IMG/VR virus record: IMGVR_UViG_3300027631_000011
DNA length: 64,000 bases
Strand: one strand, 5' to 3'
Source of the DNA: an uncultured virus (IMG/VR IMGVR_UViG_3300027631_000011)
Lineage: Duplodnaviria; Heunggongvirae; Uroviricota; Caudoviricetes
Each line of letters opens with the position of its first letter. The first letter of the stretch is position 1. Shown piece after piece: positions 1 through 9,665 of this stretch. The notes beneath the pieces were generated by a model, which was not told the DNA's origin, did not search any database, and worked only from the letters and a program-made list of their open reading frames with translations. The position numbers and the translations under genes are program-made.

Positions 1-1
1 C

Positions 2-925
2 GAATCTAGATGTGAATCCTTTTGAATGAATATCTTGAAAATAGTTTACTTCTTTAAAATCTTTTCCTTCGTTCTCTAATTTATTTTTAAATGAAAAATC
101 ACTTGGTGTTGTTTCACCCAATCCGTTTTCACCATTTGGAATATTCATTGGAGTTGGTGTTGTTTCTCCTAAAAATTTAGAACTTCTATCTGATGATAGT
201 GGAGTAGTTTCACCTAAGAACTGAGATTGATTGTTTGCTTCAGTTGGTGTTGTTTCACCTAAGAACTGAGATTGATTGTTTGCTTCAGTTGGTGTTGTTT
301 CACCTAAGAAGTTACTTTGATTATTCATCTCAGTTGGTGTTGTTTCACCTAAGAACTTAGAACTCTTATCAGATTCATTCGGTGTTGTTTCACCTAAGAA
401 CTTAGAACTCTTATCAGATTCATTCGGTGTTGTTTCACCTAAGAACTTAGATTCATTATCTGCCTGTTTAGGAGTTGTTTCTCCTAAGAACTGTATTTTA
501 TTATTAGCTTGTTTAGGAGTTGTTTCACCTAAAAACTGAGATTGATTGTTCATTGATTTAGGAGTAGTTTCTCCTAAGAACTGTTCTGAGTTATTTGCTT
601 TTGTAGGGTCGGTTTGACCTAAATATCTTTCTTCTAAACTCATTGGTTTAGTAGTTGTTTCACCTAAGAACTTTTCTGAGTTATCCATAGGTTGAGGTGA
701 AGTTTCACCTTTAAACTTTTCTGATTGGTTTACTTTTTGAGGATTTACACCTTCTTTATTAACTGTAGTAGTAGAACGTGGAATCTTAGGAGCAGATTCA
801 GCCATTGAACTTAAAGGTGTTTTATTTAAGTTCTTATTAACATCAACTCTTTCTTTAGATTGTAAAGGTTCTTTCTTTGGCATTCTAAATTTGGACAAAT
901 CCGATTTCATATCTTTAAGTGCCAT
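2..925 (-). CDS. Repeat-containing putative tail/baseplate protein, truncated at the window edge (absent from the ORF track)
   Basis: ATG at 925 overlaps the TAA of the tape measure gene (TAATG). The frame is open to the edge: MALKDMKSDLSKFRMPKKEPLQSK... then about 14 FLGETTP-type 15-aa units. Confidence 0.8.
   Translation of the reverse strand, partial: MALKDMKSDLSKFRMPKKEPLQSKERVDVNKNLNKTPLSSMAESAPKIPRSTTTVNKEGVNPQKVNQSEKFKGETSPQPMDNSEKFLGETTTKPMSLEERYLGQTDPTKANNSEQFLGETTPKSMNNQSQFLGETTPKQANNKIQFLGETTPKQADNESKFLGETTPNESDKSSKFLGETTPNESDKSSKFLGETTPTEMNNQSNFLGETTPTEANNQSQFLGETTPTEANNQSQFLGETTPLSSDRSSKFLGETTPTPMNIPNGENGLGETTPSDFSFKNKLENEGKDFKEVNYFQDIHSKGFTSRF
105..735 (-). repeat. 45-bp in-frame tandem repeat, about 14 copies (consensus FLGETTPxxxNNxSx)
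   Basis: The plus-strand core gttgtttcacctaagaa recurs every 45 nt (near 201, 246, 291, 336, 381, 426, 471, 516, 561, 651), and some adjacent units are identical. Confidence 0.95.
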
Positions 926-3420
926 TATTTATTTCCCCCACTTTTTTGAGTATTACCAATCGATTGAGATTCTTCAATTTTTCTTCTTAGAACCTGTACT
1001 GTTTTATTATTAACCTGTAACACTATAGGTTGAGTTCTTACAGCTTCATCTAAAGATTTAATAGCACTAACTACTTCACTCATACCACCACCATCTGTAG
1101 TTTCCGATGAAGAGGATTCTGAATCACCACCACCGAATCCTAAAGCATCAGCGATTATAGGTAAGGCCATACTTAATGCCAATAATACAGGTAATGATAA
1201 ACCAACGGCGGCCAATCCATAACTCAATCCTACCAATCCTAAACCTAATGCTCCAAATGCAGTTGCCAGAGAAAATAAACCAGGAACTAAACTTATCAAC
1301 ATTCCTACGGATTGGGACATTCCATTTAATATATCCATTCCACCACTCATTGATGATAACGCCAATCCTACTAAAATTAAACCACCAGCAAATATTAATA
1401 AACCAGGAAGTGCAACTGCCATTAAACCCATAGCATATCCAAATGGAATTAATGCCACACCAAGTAAACCTAATCCTAAGGCCAATGATGGTAATTCACC
1501 AGCGATACTAGCTAACGATGTTAATCCTGCAACAAATACTGGTAAAAGAGCACCTATCACACTCATACCAACACCTAATCCAATTAATGCCAATCCAAAT
1601 GCTAAGAACCCAATTCCTGCAATTACAAGAAAAGGAGCGGAAGCGGCGGCCATTATGGAAAATGCCAATAGTGCCACTCCAATTGGAACTAAAGCAATTG
1701 CTACTAATAGTAAATCACCAAGACTTTCAGATAATCCGGCAAGTACTTCTAAACCTTTACCAATGGCCTGAAGTGCGAATCCAAATACTAACATTGCTGC
1801 TGAAATTGCTAACAACCCAACTCCACCATATATTAGAGCCACAGTTGCTGTAGAAAGTAAACTCCCAAATATGGCCATTGTAACACCGAATAATACTAAA
1901 CCAGCTACTACACTACCAATAGTGTCCATACTAATAACTTCACCAAATTTACCCATCGCCATTGCGAATATTAACATCGAACCAGCTATTAATACCATAG
2001 TGGCAGCACCAAAAAGTACATCTTTATCACCAAAATCCTTAATAAAACCTGTAACAGGATTACCTAATTTAAAGAAAGCAAATAATTTTGATATTCCCCA
2101 CAATGCTAACATTGCTACTCCTAATCCAGCAATGGCCAATAAAACAGTTCCTACTATATTACCCATACCATCAAACATTCCGTTTAACATTCCGGCCTCA
2201 GCTGTATTATCTTTCAGTCTATCACCCGCTTCACCTGTGGCATTTGCATAGTTTAACATTTGTTCTTTACTCATACCTGTGGCATCACCGATTAATCTTT
2301 GCATTTGAAGATTGGTAGCGAGAGATGGTCCTAAATCTTTTATTAACTTTGCCTGTTCTTCTGCTATTTTTGCAGAATCACCAGATACTTGAGCGGCTCT
2401 GAGGGCATTCATATTGATATCTTTACCGGTCATCATTCTGAGTTTCATCTCATTTTTAATAGATGATTCAATATCTAATGCCTCACTCGCAAGTTTGTTG
2501 ACGGCCTCCATATCAGCACCAATTTGCTTCATACGAATACCTTTTTCAATTTGAAGTTTTATATCATCCTCAGTCATATCGTTTAGAGCAAACTGATTCT
2601 GAGCTAAGAATTTCATACCATCAGCAGAAGTTCCACCAACTAGTTCGGCGTGTTCTTTTGCAAACGCCATCAATTCTTTTGTACTATGACCAGCATTATC
2701 TAATGAACGAGTTAAACTTACAGCATCAGTTGAACCGAGTTGTTCGGTTAACATAGCAACATCTTTAATCATTCGATTAGACATTCTTACATTACCTGTA
2801 GTTTTAACAAGATTCTGCATTGCTGAGTTTAGTTTTTCACCACCTAACATCATACCTTCGAAAGATAAGGAAGCTATTTTTGCTTGAGCAGAGAGTTTGG
2901 CAGCTTCACCATATCCAATACCTAATTCAGTACTAAGGCCTTTGGCGGCGGTAAAAGTTTGCAAAAAGTATGAAAGAACTTCTTTTATTAAAAGTAAAGC
3001 TGCTAATTTAAAACCCACATTCATAAGTGCATTCGTGACCTGACCTGATAACCCAACTACAGAACCTAAATCTTTGGCGAAATCTTGTCCTATATCTTTT
3101 ATGTTTCCTTCAATGGTTTCCATTTCAGCTTTTTTCTTTAAAAGTCGCTCTGTAAGGTCCAACCGCTCTAAAGCTGCTTTAGCTATTTTTCTACCTGCTT
3201 TTACTTCTGTTTCGATGAATTCTGCTCTTTTAGCTTGTAGAGCTTGTAAAGCACCAGCCGCAGAACCTTGTCCTTTCATAGAAGAAAGAATGTTTTCCAT
3301 CTTCTTTGAAGTAGATTTAGATAACCCATCAACGGCTTTCATATCGTCTACAACACCTTTGGTGTAGGATTGCATACCTTTCAAGTATGCCGCTTGTTCT
3401 TCTGGTGATTTTGTGGCCAT
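925..3420 (-). CDS. Probable tail tape measure protein
   Basis: 831 aa, helical Ala/Gly/Leu-rich with a long hydrophobic C-terminal half; lies downstream of sheath, tube and chaperone genes. Confidence 0.7.
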   Translation of the reverse strand: MATKSPEEQAAYLKGMQSYTKGVVDDMKAVDGLSKSTSKKMENILSSMKGQGSAAGALQALQAKRAEFIETEVKAGRKIAKAALERLDLTERLLKKKAEMETIEGNIKDIGQDFAKDLGSVVGLSGQVTNALMNVGFKLAALLLIKEVLSYFLQTFTAAKGLSTELGIGYGEAAKLSAQAKIASLSFEGMMLGGEKLNSAMQNLVKTTGNVRMSNRMIKDVAMLTEQLGSTDAVSLTRSLDNAGHSTKELMAFAKEHAELVGGTSADGMKFLAQNQFALNDMTEDDIKLQIEKGIRMKQIGADMEAVNKLASEALDIESSIKNEMKLRMMTGKDINMNALRAAQVSGDSAKIAEEQAKLIKDLGPSLATNLQMQRLIGDATGMSKEQMLNYANATGEAGDRLKDNTAEAGMLNGMFDGMGNIVGTVLLAIAGLGVAMLALWGISKLFAFFKLGNPVTGFIKDFGDKDVLFGAATMVLIAGSMLIFAMAMGKFGEVISMDTIGSVVAGLVLFGVTMAIFGSLLSTATVALIYGGVGLLAISAAMLVFGFALQAIGKGLEVLAGLSESLGDLLLVAIALVPIGVALLAFSIMAAASAPFLVIAGIGFLAFGLALIGLGVGMSVIGALLPVFVAGLTSLASIAGELPSLALGLGLLGVALIPFGYAMGLMAVALPGLLIFAGGLILVGLALSSMSGGMDILNGMSQSVGMLISLVPGLFSLATAFGALGLGLVGLSYGLAAVGLSLPVLLALSMALPIIADALGFGGGDSESSSSETTDGGGMSEVVSAIKSLDEAVRTQPIVLQVNNKTVQVLRRKIEESQSIGNTQKSGGNK

Positions 3421-3439
3421 TTAGTTTCCTTTTAAATCA

Positions 3440-3631
3440 TTAAAGATTCATAAAATCTTTTTGATATTGTGGAATTTTATCATCTGAACCATACTTTGCT
3501 TTAAGTATAGCTTGAAATTCACCCTTTTTGGCCTTTAGTTTACCTTTTAATATTTTTTTAATTATATTATCTAAAAGGCCCTCTCTGAGTTGAGGATTTT
3601 CTAATCTTTCTTTTATTGTAAATTTTGCCAT
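3440..3631 (-). CDS. Small basic hypothetical protein
   Basis: 63-aa ORF with an AAGGGA SD-like site and an ATATTTAT motif upstream. Confidence 0.7.
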   Translation of the reverse strand: MAKFTIKERLENPQLREGLLDNIIKKILKGKLKAKKGEFQAILKAKYGSDDKIPQYQKDFMNL

Positions 3632-3669
3632 TACATTCCCTTAATAGTTTTATTCGTTTATAAATATAG

Positions 3670-3696
3670 AAAAACCCAACAAATAGTTAGGTTCTT
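3670..3696 (-). terminator. Putative intrinsic terminator
   Basis: Minus strand AACCTAAC-TATTT-GTTGGGTT followed by T residues, just after the 3703 stop. Confidence 0.55.
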
Positions 3697-3702
3697 CAAT
3701 TC

Positions 3703-3909
3703 TTATCTTGATTTTGATTTAGCTTTTCTCATTTCTTTATCATTAGCCTTTTTTTCTTCCTGTTTAAATTCAATTATTTTACCGATGTAGAACTTACGAA
3801 CCCATATTGGCATATTGTAAACATCCGTAAAATTGAATCCACCATTTCCATGATAAATGAGGTCAAAAATGTGAGAGTGTAAATGCTTTCTATAACTTTG
3901 ATGAAGGCC
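3703..3909 (-). CDS. Tail assembly chaperone C-terminal extension (gpT/gp51-like), probably reached by +1 frameshift
   Basis: YRKHLHSHIFDLIYHGNGGFNFTDVYNMPIWVRKFYI resembles the small ORFs that follow gp26-like genes. It is in the +1 frame, overlaps the upstream gene at GGG TTT TTT TGG C, and has no well-placed start. Confidence 0.65.
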   Translation of the reverse strand, partial: GLHQSYRKHLHSHIFDLIYHGNGGFNFTDVYNMPIWVRKFYIGKIIEFKQEEKKANDKEMRKAKSKSR

Positions 3910-4777
3910 AAAAAAACCCCGCATCCATTGGCAGTAGCATTTCTCTCCTTTCCCCAGTCTCTTCAGATACAAATTCATATGTTAAATCAATGTCTGGAAT
4001 TATATCATTAATATACGCTCTGAGAGATTGTGAGTCTAACGCAAATAATTCATTGTCTACAAAGTTTTTAATAATTGTTTCATCAGATTCCCCATCTACT
4101 GAAAGAATCATATTCTTTAATCTTGTAGTTAGTTCTCTTGATGTTACATCTTTAGTTTTTCTACTTGCCTTTTCAATGGCCTTTATTTGATGTTTTACTT
4201 TTCTTTCTTTTGATTCAGTCATTGCTTGAAAAGTAATTTTTCTCTTAGACTTAGGTAATTCAAACTCAAACTCATTCTTATGTAATTCTGTTTGATTAGA
4301 ACCATCATATTCACTATTTTCGAATTGAGTTAAATCAATAACCTCTTCTTGCTTATTATCTGTAAATGGGTCTTGTATCTCTACTTTGTAATCTTTACCA
4401 TATCCTAATACTCTGGCAGCAATCATAATTGCGTTCTTATCACCTGTAGTTAAATCTATGTATTTGATTGGAGTTCCATCTCCATTACCTATGATTAGTG
4501 ATTGAAATAATCTATCTAATACTGTTCCATCTTTTATATATGATTGTGTAGTTAAGATATCTTCTTCTTTAGCTGTCATATACTTCATTTCCACTTTACC
4601 TGAAGATAATGGATTATCTTTAGGATAAATTAATCCTTTAGATGGTAAATCTACTAATTCAGTTGGAAATTTATAATCGGATACTTGCTTTGTTTCGTAT
4701 TGTTTCTTAGCAAGTTCCACCATTTCATCGTTGGAAAGATTACTCTGGTATTCATCTGTTAAATTTTCTTTACTCAT
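3890..4777 (-). CDS. T4 gp26-like baseplate hub assembly / tail assembly chaperone
   Basis: PTELVDLPSKG...VEMKYMTAKEEDIL and an internal repeat FELPKSKRKITF; ends near FFWP; sits between tube and tape measure. Confidence 0.7.
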   Translation of the reverse strand: MSKENLTDEYQSNLSNDEMVELAKKQYETKQVSDYKFPTELVDLPSKGLIYPKDNPLSSGKVEMKYMTAKEEDILTTQSYIKDGTVLDRLFQSLIIGNGDGTPIKYIDLTTGDKNAIMIAARVLGYGKDYKVEIQDPFTDNKQEEVIDLTQFENSEYDGSNQTELHKNEFEFELPKSKRKITFQAMTESKERKVKHQIKAIEKASRKTKDVTSRELTTRLKNMILSVDGESDETIIKNFVDNELFALDSQSLRAYINDIIPDIDLTYEFVSEETGERREMLLPMDAGFFWPSSKL

Positions 4778-4851
4778 AACGTTTCTCGTTTTAAAACTTT
4801 TTCTAATATTGGTTAACCATATATAAATATGTAAATATAATTAATTAAACG

Positions 4852-4882
4852 AAAAAACCCCTACATTTCTGTAAGGGTTTCT
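4852..4882 (-). terminator. Intrinsic terminator after the tail tube gene
   Basis: Minus strand AAACCCTTACA-GAAA-TGTAGGGGTTT followed by a T run. Confidence 0.85.
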
Positions 4883-4911
4883 CAATAGTCAATTTTTATT
4901 ACAATCCGTAT

Positions 4912-5400
4912 TTAGTATTGTAGTATTGCGTAATCGTATGTAAGTGTTAAATCTACAGTTGCCAAATCTTCACCAGTATAGTCCATATCTGAGAACTTTG
5001 CGGTTTGGATATATGCACCTTTAAGTGTCCACTCTTCTACTTTATCACCAACAGGACCCAAACTGTTAAATGTGATATCTTTTTTGTAGAAATCAGAGTA
5101 ACCATCTCGGCCCGTTACTGATTCGTGGTGTAATCTTACCCATTCCATAGCTGCTTGTGCTGCTGAAGGAACTACTGGGTCATATAGTGAAATCGTTAAA
5201 TCACTCCACTCACTTCTACCTTTAACATATCTTCTAACGTTAACGTGGTCAATTGTAACCTTTCCGTTTGTTATTTCTGGTCTGTTAGCGGCTTTTATTA
5301 AATACGCTGGGATACCCTCAATGTACATAATAAATCTGTTCGACATCTTCGGTTCGAATGATGTGAACATTACTTCTGTTGGGTCTAATAGTTGTGCCAT
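4912..5400 (-). CDS. gp19: Tail tube protein (T4 gp19-like)
   Basis: 162 aa with FEPKxxNRF, EWVRLHHESVTGRDGYSDFYKKDI, EEWTLKGAY and LTLTYDYA; directly downstream of the sheath gene. Confidence 0.9.
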   Translation of the reverse strand: MAQLLDPTEVMFTSFEPKMSNRFIMYIEGIPAYLIKAANRPEITNGKVTIDHVNVRRYVKGRSEWSDLTISLYDPVVPSAAQAAMEWVRLHHESVTGRDGYSDFYKKDITFNSLGPVGDKVEEWTLKGAYIQTAKFSDMDYTGEDLATVDLTLTYDYAILQY

Positions 5401-5449
5401 TTAGTTTTCTCCGTTATTCTTTCTTTAATATAAATATAGTTCTTTTTAA

Positions 5450-5486
5450 AAAATAACCAACTCCCCTAATTTATTTTAGGGGAGCT
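5450..5486 (-). terminator. Putative terminator/hairpin after the tail sheath gene
   Basis: CTCCCCTAA...TTAGGGGAG inverted repeat at 5461-5484, followed on the minus strand by TTGGTTATTTTTT. Confidence 0.7.
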
Positions 5487-5504
5487 GATATTATTAGTTA
5501 TATA

Positions 5505-7910
5505 CTATTCTGGAAATGCTGCCCCAGTTGGTAGTACGTTAAAGTCAAGAACTATGAATTCTGCTGTTTTTGCTGGTTGTAAGAAAATCTCACCAACCAT
5601 AATGTTTCTATCAATTACATCTGGAGTGTTGTTGGTTTCATCCATCACCACTTTAAATGCATATAAACCTTGTCTTTGTTGAATTGATTCTAAGTAAGGA
5701 TTAACGATTGATAAGAATCTGTTTCTAGTCGCCGCAGTGTTATTTTCGAACACTAAGTATCTAGTTGAAGAAGCAATAAACTTCTTAACAGCAATTAACA
5801 ATCTTCTTACATTGATTCTATCCAATGCAGATGGTTTAGCTTGTAATGTTTTCTGTCCAAATACAGTAACACCTTGTCCAGGGAACGTAGCGATAGGATT
5901 CAATCTACCTTCGTAAAGTGCATCTCTCTCAACTCTCGTTAATCTTGTCTTAGCTTCAATTACTGAAGTTAATCCACCTCTGTTCAATCCAGCAGGAGCG
6001 AACCATTCAGCGGCTACTTGGTCGTTAAATGCGATAACGCCAGGAAGTACAACCGATGGTGGCACCCAAACAGGTTTGTTTTTATCTGTATTAAGTATCT
6101 TAACCCAAGGATAGTAAGATGCAACATAGTTTGAATCAAATGCTTGAACAGCGTTAACTGCCGTAGATATTGAATCACTCCATGCTGAAGCATCCATAAT
6201 AAAGAATGCATCTTGTCTATCTTCACACATATCTTTAGCGAATACTGATACTGAAGAATGTAATCTGTGGATGATACCTGGTAATACTAACATATTGATA
6301 TCAAATTCATCAGGATTAGATACTGAGTTAATTGCTTTTCTGAATCCAACTGTACCAGTTGCGGTGTTAGAAGAACAATCATACCCTTGTGTATTTCCTG
6401 CAGTGATATCACTACCCATAGAAACTATTCTATTTGGTTTGTATCCATCAAATCCACCTTGAAATGGTACTACGAATTTTCTTGAATTAATAGATGTTTC
6501 TAAATCATTCAAGTTAATAGTACTACTATATGGTGATGCTGATGATGGGAAGTTAGCGTTTACGTTTTGTGAGTAATCACCTAAATAGAAAGCTGTTCCC
6601 ACTATTGCGGTTGAACTATCTGGTGTAGGTAATAAGAAGTTTCTATTATCAGTACTTGCAAAATCAAAATCAAATCCTAAGAATTTCTTTGGATTATATG
6701 ATTGATTGATTAACTGAGTACCTATGTAAGTTGGATTTGGTAATGAAACACCACTTCCAAATGGATTTTGTAATGCTGCGAATCCGAATGGTACTAATGA
6801 TTCATCAATAGCTCCATCTCTTACTGCAGCAGATACTTCTACTCTAATGTTTTCTGAATTGTTTGGATAATCTCCGTTAGTTGAAAGTTTCCCATCTGAA
6901 TCAACTGTAATGTACTTATCACCAATCACTCTTGCGATAAAGTTTGGTGAATCAGGATTTAAGTTAACTCCTTGAAATTGTTCAACAATATTTGGTCTAA
7001 TATCCGAATCCGTAACATTAACATATGGTGAACCAACAATCTTATCTTGGTCTACTCTTCTTACAACTACAGTAAATGAACCGTACTCAGAACCAGGAAC
7101 CGAACCAGCTGGTTTGATATCTTGTATTCCTACTTTGAATTCATAGTTAGTAGATGTACCATGTGATAATGTATGGAATTTAATTAAGTTTGATGTATTA
7201 CCACCAACTTTTTGTGATGTAACCCAAGGTGTGTTTGCTTCAGTATATGCTTTTGAGTAATCAATATCCTTAGCAACATCTATTGTTACTACAGGAATCT
7301 CACCATCATTAGCAAATGAAGCTGATTGGAATGTTTTAAAGTTTGCTAAAACATATCCTTTACCATCACCTTTTGGAGAAAATCCAAATGATTTTGTGTA
7401 ATAATCATCACTTGTTGGGTTTAATGAAGCACTAACATTAGTAGCTACTCCAGTGGATGAACCCGATACTTGCAATGTAAATTGGGATGCAGATACTTCT
7501 GTACTTCCAAAGTGGTCTGATATTGATGAAAAATTAAATACATCAACATCTGATGTAATTTGTGTTGTTGGGTGGATAATTGCAGCAACTTTTGTACCAT
7601 CTGATGATGATACTGTTAATACAATTGGATTCTCAAGAGTGTATCCATCTTGTCCTAATACTCTAACGATTGTTGCAGTTCCTGCATCTTCCAAATAAGC
7701 TTGAGCGGTATATGGTAGATATGAATCTTCTGTCAATCCACCGAATACTTGCTGAAACTTTTGAAATGAGTCTACTTGAGTTGGAACGAATGCTGGGCCT
7801 TTAACTGTTGACCCTACTAATGCTGCTCCAATTTCACCAATCCCTTGAGGTAGAAACGACAAATCCTTTTCTCTTGTAAATACTCCAGGACTTACTATTC
7901 TTTCTGCCAT
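5505..7910 (-). CDS. gp18: Contractile tail sheath protein (T4 gp18-like)
   Basis: N-terminal SPGVFTREKD; C-terminal WFAPAGLNRG, GQKTLQ...ALDRINVRRLL, FENN and LQPAKTAEFI. Confidence 0.95.
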   Translation of the reverse strand: MAERIVSPGVFTREKDLSFLPQGIGEIGAALVGSTVKGPAFVPTQVDSFQKFQQVFGGLTEDSYLPYTAQAYLEDAGTATIVRVLGQDGYTLENPIVLTVSSSDGTKVAAIIHPTTQITSDVDVFNFSSISDHFGSTEVSASQFTLQVSGSSTGVATNVSASLNPTSDDYYTKSFGFSPKGDGKGYVLANFKTFQSASFANDGEIPVVTIDVAKDIDYSKAYTEANTPWVTSQKVGGNTSNLIKFHTLSHGTSTNYEFKVGIQDIKPAGSVPGSEYGSFTVVVRRVDQDKIVGSPYVNVTDSDIRPNIVEQFQGVNLNPDSPNFIARVIGDKYITVDSDGKLSTNGDYPNNSENIRVEVSAAVRDGAIDESLVPFGFAALQNPFGSGVSLPNPTYIGTQLINQSYNPKKFLGFDFDFASTDNRNFLLPTPDSSTAIVGTAFYLGDYSQNVNANFPSSASPYSSTINLNDLETSINSRKFVVPFQGGFDGYKPNRIVSMGSDITAGNTQGYDCSSNTATGTVGFRKAINSVSNPDEFDINMLVLPGIIHRLHSSVSVFAKDMCEDRQDAFFIMDASAWSDSISTAVNAVQAFDSNYVASYYPWVKILNTDKNKPVWVPPSVVLPGVIAFNDQVAAEWFAPAGLNRGGLTSVIEAKTRLTRVERDALYEGRLNPIATFPGQGVTVFGQKTLQAKPSALDRINVRRLLIAVKKFIASSTRYLVFENNTAATRNRFLSIVNPYLESIQQRQGLYAFKVVMDETNNTPDVIDRNIMVGEIFLQPAKTAEFIVLDFNVLPTGAAFPE

Positions 7911-7980
7911 TTGATTCTCCTATTAATTTCTTTTGGTTTATTATACTAATAAATACTTAGAAAATTATGAAACGATATAT

Positions 7981-8280
7981 TTATTTGACCGGTGTGAAAA
8001 TACCTGTTTCTAAATCGAATTCACCATCTCCGTATTTTTCTTTTAATTCACCAGCCAATTTGATTTCTTCTTCTCTTAGTTTTACATATTTAGATTCTTC
8101 ATCTAATTTAAGTTTATCAAGAGTAGATTGTTGGGATTTTAAAATAATATTTTCTATTTCGATTTCACCTAATCTAGCTGTAATCTGTGAGAAATTATCT
8201 CTAAAACCTTTGATACTTGAAATTTCTTCTTCGGTAAATTTTATTACTTCTTGTTCTTTTACGTTTTTTACTTCTGCCAT
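7981..8280 (-). CDS. Hypothetical coiled-coil protein
   Basis: 99-aa ORF ending KYGDGEFDLETGIFTP; ATATTTAT motif upstream. Confidence 0.75.
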   Translation of the reverse strand: MAEVKNVKEQEVIKFTEEEISSIKGFRDNFSQITARLGEIEIENIILKSQQSTLDKLKLDEESKYVKLREEEIKLAGELKEKYGDGEFDLETGIFTPVK

Positions 8281-8323
8281 AACCTTAATTTATTATATTA
8301 TTATTGTATATAAATATTAAAAT

Positions 8324-9133
8324 TTATTTTGAAAGATTAGTTTTCCAAACAATTTTTGATAATCCAAAAGTTTTTTGTGTATTAATTGTCTTTTTACCCT
8401 TATCTTCTGGTACTAAATACGCTTTAACTGCAAGGGTTGCGTTACTTCTAACGATTCTTTCTTCACCTACTCCATTTGTAGTTTCAAATGAATAAGATTC
8501 CCCTTTGATTTGGAATTTATATCTATCACCAAATGCACCACCTTGGAAATAAACTATCTGTTCTACTAATTTATTCAAATCTTCCATATAATCACACCAT
8601 ACAATTAAATCATATGAGATATTTACATAATCAGGTACATCTATTAAGTATTGTTCCTTTTTTGGTGGTTGCATTCCTGTTAATTGAGAAAACGCATCGT
8701 ATCTATTATTTTTACTAAATGATTTTACGAATGGTCTAGTACTATCTTCATCTGTAAGTACTTTTAGTTTTGAATATTCTGTATTAATATCTAATGAATT
8801 TCTTTTAAATGAGATAAGAGGTGTTTGTACCTTACCATTACCATCTCTCATAAAACCATCTCTTTGTGCAGATGACCAATTTTCAGGTGATGCATACATT
8901 ACAGGTACAGGAATAAACTTTCCGTTTTCTTCAATAGTTGGTTTTACATTTATTTCTAAAAAATCTTTAAATGCCAAATCAATATCGTAAATACCAATAT
9001 ATGCATTTTTTACATCATCATTTCTACGAGAAATCTGTCTGGCTTTATTCAATTCAGGAGTATCTGAAAAAGAACTATCTATTTTTTTTAAATCTACCTT
9101 TTCATCTCTATTTGTTCTATACTTATATGCCAT
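8324..9133 (-). CDS. Tail terminator / sheath stabiliser (T4 gp15-like)
   Basis: VPVMYASPENW, PDYVNISYDLIVW and MEDLNKLVEQI; positioned between neck and sheath genes. Confidence 0.7.
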   Translation of the reverse strand: MAYKYRTNRDEKVDLKKIDSSFSDTPELNKARQISRRNDDVKNAYIGIYDIDLAFKDFLEINVKPTIEENGKFIPVPVMYASPENWSSAQRDGFMRDGNGKVQTPLISFKRNSLDINTEYSKLKVLTDEDSTRPFVKSFSKNNRYDAFSQLTGMQPPKKEQYLIDVPDYVNISYDLIVWCDYMEDLNKLVEQIVYFQGGAFGDRYKFQIKGESYSFETTNGVGEERIVRSNATLAVKAYLVPEDKGKKTINTQKTFGLSKIVWKTNLSK

Positions 9134-9134
9134 T

Positions 9135-9662
9135 TTAAATTCCTATCGGTAAATCGTTAGTATTACTATTAACTCCTACTCTAACATCATCTCTTAATTG
9201 TAATTGACTTTTCTTAGCAACATGAGTTTCACATATAATAGATAAATTATATCCTTGTGAATCACCACCATCCCAAGTATCAGGATTCTTACCTGCAAAG
9301 AATTGGTTTGTAAATGTTACATCTATAATATGTTGTTCATCATTCCACTCAATAACATCACCTACCTCTGGATATACATTTTTATCATTCAATGTATCTC
9401 TTAAAAAGTAAAAGTTTACATTTCTAGTATAAGATGAACCAAAATCATCAAATACCTGCTCAGCATTAGTTCTATCAACTAATGTAGGTATTTTTATAGG
9501 ATTATAATAAGTTTTATTCTTACCCTCACCATATAGGTTTGCTTTAGTTTCATCTATAATTAATTTGTAGTAATAAACTTCAGTATCAATAACATCGTTT
9601 ATTAACTCCTTATTAATCTTTCTGAAAAGTGCCGCATCTCTCTGTCCACCGAATAGTGCCAT
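9135..9662 (-). CDS. Neck / head-closure protein (T4 gp14-like)
   Basis: NLYGE and YPEVGDVIEW motifs; gp13-gp14-gp15 gene order. Confidence 0.65.
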   Translation of the reverse strand: MALFGGQRDAALFRKINKELINDVIDTEVYYYKLIIDETKANLYGEGKNKTYYNPIKIPTLVDRTNAEQVFDDFGSSYTRNVNFYFLRDTLNDKNVYPEVGDVIEWNDEQHIIDVTFTNQFFAGKNPDTWDGGDSQGYNLSIICETHVAKKSQLQLRDDVRVGVNSNTNDLPIGI

Positions 9663-9665
9663 TTG

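Noticed and set aside
105..735. CRISPR-like look of the 45-bp array (conserved core plus variable part)
   Set aside because: The period is a multiple of 3 inside an open frame, the cores vary at synonymous positions, the spacers are related or duplicated, and no cas genes are present.
3903..3925. Canonical -1 X XXY YYZ frameshift
   Set aside because: The downstream ORF is in the +1 (equivalent to -2) frame, and no in-phase heptamer is present; -2 re-pairing is poor.
3925..3978. Annotated start and N-terminus MNLYLKRLGKGEKCYCQW of the 91-aa ORF
   Set aside because: It lies wholly within the gp26-like gene and has no suitable SD; it is better explained as an untranslated part of the +1 frame.
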